Source: an uncultured Anaerolineales bacterium (GTDB lineage: Bacteria; Chloroflexota; Anaerolineae; B4-G1; SLSP01). From it: a stretch of DNA of 64,000 nt. The notes beneath the pieces were generated by a model, which saw only the letters and a program-made list of their open reading frames with translations, did no database searches and was not told the DNA's origin. Of this stretch, positions 56,904 to 64,000 are shown piece after piece. How positions within the stretch are numbered: the stretch's first letter is position 1; each line of letters opens with the position of its first letter. The DNA lies in the NCBI GenBank assembly GCA_964388385.1, contig CAYMAQ010000001.1:20607-84606 (forward strand), read 5' to 3'. The translations under genes and the position numbers were made by a program.

Positions 56904-56959
56904 AGATGATACATCCTCCTCATATTGACCGACCACACATCCGCAACCATCTAGAGCTA

Positions 56960-58207
56960 CTATGATCCATCGGGGACCAGCTTCCGCCTAAGTCGCGCCT
57001 CACGATGCCTCAGCGCTTCTAAGGTCGTTCGTCGCTTGGAACTGGCGTGCCATGCCTCTGCCCGTTCCAGCGCTCGTTCGGTGCAGTCCAAGGCAGCGGT
57101 CAGATCCTTGGTCACCCACTCGAAATATTTAGCCTGCTCCACCAGGGGGACAACACTCAACGGGATCCGTTCAGTCCACGTTTCCCATATCGCCCGAGCC
57201 GCATTCCAGGCCTCAGCACGCTTGTGCCGCACTCCGATCTCACGCCACAAACGCGCGGCACTATCATCGGCAATCTCACCGACCTCCCCGGAAAGCGCGA
57301 ATTGCCACGCTTCGAGCGCACGCGCCTCCCACCCCATACGATCGTAGATGCGCCCCACACCGGCCCATTCCCCGGCGGAGAGCTTACAGGCCGCGGGTTC
57401 AGTCACGAGGCGAAGTGCGTGCCAGAGCAGTGTGGCTAAGCTCAGCACATCAATCTGATTGTGATAAAAAATGCGGGCCATCTCTGCAGGATCCCCGCTC
57501 TCCAGGTATTGCCGGTAAAGATACGGGATCAGTGACGACGGGAGATCCTCCTCACTGCGTTCAACATCCAGAATCTTTTCCTCCAGGACCACCAGGCGGC
57601 GAGAGCTCAGGTGATCCCGCCAGAGCTGTCGGGCCAGGGGCAAAAGGTCCAAATGAGGAAGATTCAGACATCCAGGAGCCATACGGTTGAGGACAAAGCG
57701 GGTCTCGAGGATAGGAAGGTCGAACGCCCGTCCGTTAAAAGAGACCAGACTGCTCGCGTCAGCCAGCACCTTCTCCAGATAGTACAGGGCCGCAACCTCA
57801 TCTTGAGGATCTCGCATAAAGATCAGGTGAAGATCAAGAGCCTCAGTATTCCATACCCCTACCCCAATCAGGAACGCCAGTGTGCCGGTGCCGCCGGCCA
57901 ATCCGGTTGTCTCCGTGTCGATAAAAGCCGGGTGAGCACCGAGATCAGGACACTCGATCAATGCGAGTCCTTGCTCCGGCATCGAACGGAGAGAGCGAAG
58001 CACGTAGCGCCCATGGCGAAAATCGCCCCCATAAGCCTTTCGCAGCACCCATACCGGCCCATGCGGAGTCTGAACACGTTCTCCGGGGAGCGTGGTACGC
58101 GGATCTGCTTCTGACCCAACCCGCTGCGTGTCGGATTGGACTTCAAGACCACGAAAGCCCTTGACGACACCGAGCTGTCTCAACCGGCGATGAAGGGGAT
58201 CACTCAA
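56960..58207 (-). CDS. RNase-H-like 3'-5' exonuclease (YprB/COG3359-like) fused to C-terminal TPR-like helical repeats
   Basis: AFIDTETTGLAGGTGTLAFLIGVGVW DEDD-type exonuclease motif; helical repeats in the C-terminal half. Confidence 0.6.
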   Translation of the reverse strand: MSDPLHRRLRQLGVVKGFRGLEVQSDTQRVGSEADPRTTLPGERVQTPHGPVWVLRKAYGGDFRHGRYVLRSLRSMPEQGLALIECPDLGAHPAFIDTETTGLAGGTGTLAFLIGVGVWNTEALDLHLIFMRDPQDEVAALYYLEKVLADASSLVSFNGRAFDLPILETRFVLNRMAPGCLNLPHLDLLPLARQLWRDHLSSRRLVVLEEKILDVERSEEDLPSSLIPYLYRQYLESGDPAEMARIFYHNQIDVLSLATLLWHALRLVTEPAACKLSAGEWAGVGRIYDRMGWEARALEAWQFALSGEVGEIADDSAARLWREIGVRHKRAEAWNAARAIWETWTERIPLSVVPLVEQAKYFEWVTKDLTAALDCTERALERAEAWHASSKRRTTLEALRHREARLRRKLVPDGS

Positions 58208-58258
58208 AACACATCACCCCCTTTCTGGTGCACATCGTCAGATCAACCACCAAGTCAC

Positions 58259-59584
58259 TCAGTGTCCCTTACAAGTCTCACGCGAGCAGCGTTGAATTCG
58301 GGCTCCTAAAGGCTGCAGTTTCGCTTCTAGACGCTCGTACCCCCGATCAATCTGCCGAATATTGTGGATCACACTGGTCCCTTCAGCAGCTAACGCAGCG
58401 ATGACCATCGCCATGCCGGCCCGAATATCGGGGCTCTCCATGACATCCCCCGAAAGATCGGAGGGGCCATAAACTAACGCACGGTGCGGATCGCAGAGCA
58501 CGATCCGGGCCCCCATGGGAATGAGCTTATCGACGAAGAACAGGCGGCTTTCAAACATCTTTTCATGGAAAATAACCACCCCCTCGCACTGCGTCGCCGC
58601 GACCAGAGCGATACTCATCAGGTCCGGGGGGAACGCCGGCCACGGCGCATCCGCAATCGAAGGAATCGCTCCCCCTATATCCGGCACGATAGCGAGATCC
58701 TGACTCGGGGGAACGAAGAGATCATCGCCGCGTACCTCCGCATAAATTCCTAATCGTCTAAAGGTCTGGAGGATCATGCGCAGGTTTCCGGGCACCGCAT
58801 CGCGAATCGTAAGCTCACCTCCTGTAGCGGCAGCCAGGGCAATATAGCTGCCGACCTCAATGTGATCGCTACCGATCTCGTAATCAGCACCATGTAATTC
58901 AGAGACGCCATCGACCCGCAGCGTATTAGTTCCAATCCCCGAGATGCGTGCCCCCATCGCATTGAGAAGATGGGAGAGATCTTGAACGTGGGGTTCAGAC
59001 GCGGCATTGCGGATAATCGTCGTACCCTCCGCGAGAACCGCCGCCATCAAGGCATTCTCCGTCCCGGTTACACTCGCCTCGTCCAGCAGGATATCAGCCC
59101 CCTTGAGTCTCGTAGCCTCAACGTGAAAACGGTTGTCTCGGATCTCGACCGTGGCGCCCAGCGCCCGGAACGCTAGAAAATGAGTATCCACGCGACGGCG
59201 CCCAATGACATCGCCGCCGGGTGCCGGAATGGCAAAGTGCCCTCGGCGGCCCAGCAGCGGACCCGCCATTAGAATCGATCCACGGATCGCCCGGAATAGA
59301 TCGGGAGTCATCTGATCGGTAATAGCTCCGTTCATACTGTCTGCCGCGAGCACCCAGGTGTTCGGGTCGGGCTGCTCTACATGCACCCCAACCTTCTCTA
59401 GAAGGGTGCCCATCGTCTGGACATCCTGAATCGCGGGCATATTGCGAAGCGTGATCGTGTCATCTGTGAGTAAACAGGCCGCCAACGCAGGCAGAGCCGC
59501 GTTCTTATTGCCCGAGGGACGTACTTCCCCCTTGAGAGGGACACCACCATCGATCACGAAATGATCCGACAGATCAATCGCCAT
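58259..59584 (-). CDS. murA: UDP-N-acetylglucosamine 1-carboxyvinyltransferase
   Basis: Full-length MurA (GNKNAALP, catalytic-Cys-region loop, EPSP-synthase fold repeats). Confidence 0.95.
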   Translation of the reverse strand: MAIDLSDHFVIDGGVPLKGEVRPSGNKNAALPALAACLLTDDTITLRNMPAIQDVQTMGTLLEKVGVHVEQPDPNTWVLAADSMNGAITDQMTPDLFRAIRGSILMAGPLLGRRGHFAIPAPGGDVIGRRRVDTHFLAFRALGATVEIRDNRFHVEATRLKGADILLDEASVTGTENALMAAVLAEGTTIIRNAASEPHVQDLSHLLNAMGARISGIGTNTLRVDGVSELHGADYEIGSDHIEVGSYIALAAATGGELTIRDAVPGNLRMILQTFRRLGIYAEVRGDDLFVPPSQDLAIVPDIGGAIPSIADAPWPAFPPDLMSIALVAATQCEGVVIFHEKMFESRLFFVDKLIPMGARIVLCDPHRALVYGPSDLSGDVMESPDIRAGMAMVIAALAAEGTSVIHNIRQIDRGYERLEAKLQPLGARIQRCSRETCKGH

Positions 59585-59621
59585 TGCTCATCTCCTTTCA
59601 ACGCCTTTGACCGCGCACATC

Positions 59622-60458
59622 TCACGCATCCAGTTGGATCTCAATAGAATCGCCCACCGTAAGGCCCAGATCAGAAGCCGCATGCCCTTGATTCACAGAA
59701 ATTTCCAGCATCCCCGTGCTGCCGACCAGAGCCAGGGCGTTACCGGACGCTACACCACTATACGTCGAACGAATCGGTCCGACGACCTTCCTGTCTGCAA
59801 TCACAAGACTCTGAGCCGCACTGAAAACAAAGGGCTCAACGTCGACGAAGGCCGGATCCAGGGTTAAGGCCTCGCCCGAGCCGTGCAGGCGCCCAATACT
59901 TGTCACAACATTGCCGAAATGATCCACCGCAATGACCTCGCCCTCGATCCGGTTGGACTCAAAAACTAACCTCGGTATGGGCAAACCAACCGGATTGTCA
60001 ATCGCGGGGCCGAGTTTCAAAATCGGAACCGCGGCTGCCAGATGAGCGGCGGCCGGGGCAAAGATATCCCGTCCGTGAAACGTCTGGCTGACCGGGTGTC
60101 GATGGTAGCGGGGATTCGTCAGAGAAACAATGGCATCGGCCCCGACCGATGCCCACACATAGGAGAAAACACCGTTGTCAGGTCCAACCATCAAGCCCCA
60201 TGGGGTTTGCGAAGCAATCGCCCTTCGCGTTGTGCCCACGCCCGGATCAACGACAACGAGATGCACGCCCGATTTCGGAAAATATGGCAGGGCGCTCCAC
60301 AGAACGTATGCGGCATGGCGGACTTCCTGCGGGGGGATCCCATGGGTAATATCGACGAACTGTATATCCGGTTCGATATCGACCATGACGCCCTTCATCG
60401 CGCCGACGTAAGCGTCTCGAACACCAAAATCCGTCGTCAGTGTAATGAGCGGTCGCAT
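59622..60458 (-). CDS. SAM hydroxide adenosyltransferase / S-adenosyl-L-methionine hydrolase (DUF62, fluorinase-like fold)
   Basis: LITLTTDFGVRDAYVGAMKGV N-terminus and the rest of the DUF62 pattern. AGGAGG RBS. Confidence 0.85.
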   Translation of the reverse strand: MRPLITLTTDFGVRDAYVGAMKGVMVDIEPDIQFVDITHGIPPQEVRHAAYVLWSALPYFPKSGVHLVVVDPGVGTTRRAIASQTPWGLMVGPDNGVFSYVWASVGADAIVSLTNPRYHRHPVSQTFHGRDIFAPAAAHLAAAVPILKLGPAIDNPVGLPIPRLVFESNRIEGEVIAVDHFGNVVTSIGRLHGSGEALTLDPAFVDVEPFVFSAAQSLVIADRKVVGPIRSTYSGVASGNALALVGSTGMLEISVNQGHAASDLGLTVGDSIEIQLDA

Positions 60459-60474
60459 CGGTCCTCCTATCAGA

Positions 60475-62037
60475 TCAGATCACGGCCTGCCGCAGTATTA
60501 GCCGGGCTGCGTCCCGCAGCTCGCGCACACCCAGAAGCCACGCGATCAGGCCATACGACGACACACCCAGCGGCACGCCTAATACAACTTGGTACAACAC
60601 CCGGGTCGGAGCTCCCCGCAGAAACACCAGCAGAACCAGAGCCATCCCCACGGATGCGACCACAACGCGCCAAGCGGTCTGCCCAATCGTTCTAAAATCG
60701 AGACCGCCCAATCTTCGATCCGCGCGCACAACCAACAATCCTGCCTGCACGAGTGCCGCAATTGCCGTCGCTAACGCCAGCCCCCCAATGGGCATCCAGC
60801 CAATTCGTCCGAACAGCGGTGGTAAGGACAGCCCCAGGGCACCATTGAGAAGCACGGCGACAATGGCGGCGCGGGCCGGAGTCCACGTATCGTGCATCGC
60901 GTAAAAAGCACGCCCTAGAATCTCCAAAGCGGAGTGACCAACGAGGCCGACGGCAAAGAAACCCAGGGCCCAGGACACGTTCCGGGTAGAGACAACGTCG
61001 AACTCCCCCCTCTCGAAAATCAGCTCGATGATTGGGGCGCCCAATATCGCCAGCCCTATCGACGCGGGAACAGTCAATGCCATCAGCAGCCGGAGCGTAC
61101 GGAGAAGGGTGCCGCGGAGTTCGCTGTCCTGCCCCCGCGCCGCCTGGGCGGAGAACGTAGGAAAGACAGCCGTGCCCACGGCCTGGGCAAAGACGCCTTG
61201 GGGCAACAACATCAGACGCCATCCGTACTCCAACGCGGATATAGCTCCCGGCCCTAATCGAGAGGCTAAACTACTGGTCACGATCACGTTGATCTGAAAA
61301 GCGGCCACCCCCAGCATTCGAGGGGCGATCAGCAATCCGACTTCACGAACCATCGGGTCTTCCAGGCCAAGGGTTGGCATATACCGCGCCTCGAAATGCC
61401 GCAACCCAGGAAGTTGGACCAGAAGATGACCGGTAGCACCCACGACCATCCCAATAGCCGGTCCCATCACACCCAGGTCCGTCATTCCCCCCCAGGCCGC
61501 GCCCCCGATCAGACCCAGATTGTAGACGATAGGGGCCAACGCCGGAAGCAAGAAATGCTGGTGCGCGTTTAACGCCCCCATCAGGACCCCACTCACGCCG
61601 AACACTGTGGGTGAAATCAACATCACCCGCATCAACTCGACCGCCCGCGCCTGGACCTCCGAAGACGAAGCCGGCGCCACCAGAGTACGCACCAACCACG
61701 GGGCCAATGCGATACACATCAAACTTACCAGCAACAATACAGCGACGAGAATGTTGATAACGGAAGAGGCTAAAGCCCAAGCCCCTCTCGCGTCATCGCG
61801 AGCCAGTCGTTGAGTGAAGAGCGGGATAAACGCCGACCCCAACGCACCCCCTGCGAAGACCAAGAAAAGCGTATCGGGGATCCGTACGGCTGCAACGTAG
61901 GCATCCATTTCCGGACCGGTACCGAAGTAGAGCCCGAAGACCATCTGGCGCACCAGGCCCAGAAGGCGGCTGACCGAAAATGCGACCATAACCAGAGCCG
62001 CGGCCCGGGCGACGGTGCGATGGCTGTGTTCATTCAT
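60475..62037 (-). CDS. murJ: lipid II flippase MurJ (MviN)
   Basis: 14 TM helices; N-terminal VSRLLGLVRQMVFGLYFG and MOP-family features. Confidence 0.9.
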   Translation of the reverse strand: MNEHSHRTVARAAALVMVAFSVSRLLGLVRQMVFGLYFGTGPEMDAYVAAVRIPDTLFLVFAGGALGSAFIPLFTQRLARDDARGAWALASSVINILVAVLLLVSLMCIALAPWLVRTLVAPASSSEVQARAVELMRVMLISPTVFGVSGVLMGALNAHQHFLLPALAPIVYNLGLIGGAAWGGMTDLGVMGPAIGMVVGATGHLLVQLPGLRHFEARYMPTLGLEDPMVREVGLLIAPRMLGVAAFQINVIVTSSLASRLGPGAISALEYGWRLMLLPQGVFAQAVGTAVFPTFSAQAARGQDSELRGTLLRTLRLLMALTVPASIGLAILGAPIIELIFERGEFDVVSTRNVSWALGFFAVGLVGHSALEILGRAFYAMHDTWTPARAAIVAVLLNGALGLSLPPLFGRIGWMPIGGLALATAIAALVQAGLLVVRADRRLGGLDFRTIGQTAWRVVVASVGMALVLLVFLRGAPTRVLYQVVLGVPLGVSSYGLIAWLLGVRELRDAARLILRQAVI

Positions 62038-62217
62038 AGAGTAGATTATAACACAAGTTTATCGACACCCGATTTCAGCCGATGCTCCCTGATCCATGGG
62101 AAGATTCAGGCATCTACAAAAACAGCCGCGCAACCTCGTCATGCCCTCTTCGTATAGAGTATACGGATAGAGGATTGGGATTTGATAACAGACACTGTAT
62201 GCCTGAGGAGGCAAACG

Positions 62218-63009
62218 ATGAAGCTGATCCTGGGTATTGTCGCAGGCACAATGCTTATGACGCTGAGCTGCACTTCGCTGAATATCGGATTGAAAATTGC
62301 CGATGTCGGACCGCTAAAGCGAGAATCAACCACAGTCGAGTTGGGCAATGCCGATAGCGTCAACGCTACGATTCGTATGTCGGCCGGTAAACTGAAAGTG
62401 GAGGGAGGATCAGAGGCCTTACTGAACGCAGACTTCGCGTACAACGTCGCAGACTGGAAGCCGGAGGTCACTTACGGCGTTGTGGACGCCGTAGGGCGGT
62501 TGGACGTGCGCCACGCCGAAAGAGACGCGCTGCCTGTGACGAACAAAGTCCGTAATGAGTGGGATCTCCAGCTCAATGAGAACGTACCCCTTGATCTGCG
62601 GATCGAGATGGGAGCCGGAAAGCACAGTCTCGATCTTGAGGGCCTCACCCTGACCGAACTGGACGTCAAACTCGGTGCCGGCGATATGAGCTTGACGCTT
62701 GGTGACAACGCGGGTCTCAATCGTGTCAAACTCAATATCGGGGCCGGGGATGTAGAGTTCGACCTGGGCAGCACCTGGACCCAAGACGCATCGATAAGCA
62801 TTCAGGGCGGTGTGGGAAAGACAACCCTATACCTTCCAAAAGATATCGGAATCCATCTGTCGGTGACCCAGGGCATTGGAGATCTCGATGTATCCGGACT
62901 CACACGCAAGGGTGGAGCCTGGGTGAATGAGGCCTATGACCGGTCGGAAAACACGTTGGAGATCAGTATTCAAGCCGGGATCGGAGAGATTGAAATCATC
63001 GGTGACTGA
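62218..63009 (+). CDS. lipoprotein with DUF4097/toastrack-like beta-strand repeats (LiaG-like putative adhesin)
   Basis: Lipobox MTLSC. Repeated LxLxxGAGDhxL... beta-strand repeats. GAGGAGG RBS. Confidence 0.6.
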   Translation: MKLILGIVAGTMLMTLSCTSLNIGLKIADVGPLKRESTTVELGNADSVNATIRMSAGKLKVEGGSEALLNADFAYNVADWKPEVTYGVVDAVGRLDVRHAERDALPVTNKVRNEWDLQLNENVPLDLRIEMGAGKHSLDLEGLTLTELDVKLGAGDMSLTLGDNAGLNRVKLNIGAGDVEFDLGSTWTQDASISIQGGVGKTTLYLPKDIGIHLSVTQGIGDLDVSGLTRKGGAWVNEAYDRSENTLEISIQAGIGEIEIIGD

Positions 63010-63021
63010 ACGGAAGTATGG

Positions 63022-63047
63022 ACGGCTCCCGCATCGATGGGAGCCGT
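63022..63047. terminator. 9-bp stem hairpin (ACGGCTCCC-gcatcgat-GGGAGCCGT) between convergent lipoprotein genes
   Basis: Inverted repeat seen directly; no U tract on either side. Confidence 0.3.
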
Positions 63048-63081
63048 TCGCACGTGAATCCGGCGCGATCCCAAAAAAAAC

Positions 63082-63759
63082 TCACTCGATGGGCAGGCGG
63101 ACCTCCCGTGCCTTCATCTCCACAGGAATCGCCTGCCCCGATACAGTCGCCAGGATTAAAGAGTCAACAGCTATGGAGAGCTGACCGGGTGAAGCAGCCT
63201 CCATATGCATCGTGACTAACGCGCCCGTGCCTGAGATAGATTTCTTCGGCGGCATCTGTGAGACCGCATAATGCGCCACACCTGTGTTACCCACCCCCGA
63301 AGTCGACGAGATCACATTCTGGATCACAAAGTCAGGGCTCAAAAGCTCCCCGTGTTCCATCTGAATGCCCGCCTCATCGGGCTCAGCATCTATGACGGAT
63401 ACGGCCGCGAGATCAAGCGAAAGGTGGACCTCAACGGCATAGAGTTTCTCCACGCCGGAGAGATGCAAGGCTACGTCCAGAGTATCACCCACACGGGCAG
63501 TCGACGATGATACTTGCAGGGAAGCACTTGCCGTCTCGAGTGAGAGATTCAATGCTGACGGTGTCGGGGTTGCGGTGGGAGAGACAATCGTCACAGCATT
63601 CGTAACCCCCTCACTCATGGATGCCGGTGCGATCTCGGCCCTATCGGTGCCACCACAGCCTACCAGCCCAAGACAAAGGCTCAGAATAAGAAGAAATCGT
63701 CCCGGAGGGGCCCACTGCCTATATGAAAAGTCCGTACTTTTTATGGTTACACATCCCAT
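63082..63759 (-). CDS. lipoprotein (lipobox LVGC) with cohesin-like beta-sandwich domain
   Basis: Signal peptide plus LVGCGG, Thr/Pro linker, then a beta-rich domain with a cohesin-like hydrophobic periodicity. Confidence 0.45.
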   Translation of the reverse strand: MGCVTIKSTDFSYRQWAPPGRFLLILSLCLGLVGCGGTDRAEIAPASMSEGVTNAVTIVSPTATPTPSALNLSLETASASLQVSSSTARVGDTLDVALHLSGVEKLYAVEVHLSLDLAAVSVIDAEPDEAGIQMEHGELLSPDFVIQNVISSTSGVGNTGVAHYAVSQMPPKKSISGTGALVTMHMEAASPGQLSIAVDSLILATVSGQAIPVEMKAREVRLPIE

Positions 63760-64000
63760 GCGTCGCTATTCTCCGTCCTTGAAAGCTCTGCGTCAATCAT
63801 CCAATCTACCATTGCCGAGGTCAGGAAATAAACCAACGCCAGATCGATCACGAAATAGGACGCGTCAACAAAGCCGTGCGCCCAAAAATTGGCCATCGAT
63901 CCGAGCAAACCCAACCCAAGCGCTCGATACTCAGGGTCGTCTAACGCACAAACGCGCAGCCCTCGACGCCAAAACCGAATTTGATGCCATACGAAAGCCC
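63748..64000 (-). CDS. 3' end (last 84 codons) of a membrane-protein gene whose start lies beyond the window
   Basis: Open minus-strand frame from the window edge to TAA at 63748-63750. Hydrophobic sequence (LGLGLLGSMANFWAHGFVDASYFVIDLALVYFL). Not in the ORF track because no start codon lies inside the window. Overlaps the next gene's start by 12 nt. Confidence 0.3.

Noticed and set aside
1-64000. tRNA/rRNA genes, CRISPR arrays, IS elements and integrases
   Set aside because: No T-loop-like GGTTCGAATCC motifs, direct-repeat arrays, transposase or integrase ORFs, or terminal inverted repeats were noticed. Intergenic regions are short and explained by promoters, terminators and the T-box leader. 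A covariance-model scan would be needed to fully exclude small RNAs.

Overview
This 64-kb window looks like chromosome of a high-GC, probably monoderm Chloroflexi-like bacterium. That placement rests on leaderless promoters, GGAGG-type RBSs and frequent GTG/TTG starts. Housekeeping genes are interleaved with an unusually dense set of cell-envelope glycoconjugate genes.

Housekeeping genes recognised:
- nrdR-nrdJ (class II RNR), with a divergent glutaredoxin-like gene
- greA, an M24 aminopeptidase and an MBL hydrolase
- the Firmicutes-type block rpsU-yqeY-pgpH(7TM-HD)-ybeY-dgkA
- mutL and a plant-type asparaginase
- plsX, exonuclease-fused dinG, and valS preceded by a clear T-box leader with its own terminator
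- homoserine dehydrogenase, rdgB, murA, murJ and a DUF62 SAM hydrolase

Envelope / glycan genes:
- at least seven large polytopic GT-C-type proteins: ArnT/PMT-like (8143, 10251, 16335, 34992), DUF2079 (50117), and two abutting giants of 1049 and 1061 aa (24142 to 30477)
- an O-antigen-ligase-like protein, a Wzz-like fragment at the window start, and a UDP-glucuronate decarboxylase-NUDIX operon
- a CDP-alcohol phosphatidyltransferase
- a clan GH-A hydrolase with an Fn3 domain, a secreted TPR protein and an ASST-like beta-propeller
- a receiver::Roadblock/LC7 fusion and a stand-alone CheY-like receiver

Most of the GT-C paralogues end in a related ~110-130 aa soluble module, and the two giants carry it three times in tandem. 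Together with the adjacent CDP-alcohol transferase, this is my best candidate for an undescribed polyprenyl/lipid-linked glycan (lipoglycan-like) assembly system.

Other notable items: an SPFH-DUF4339 pair, a NERD protein and a degenerate ImmA-like protein after mutL. No tRNA, rRNA, CRISPR array or obvious mobile element was recognised.
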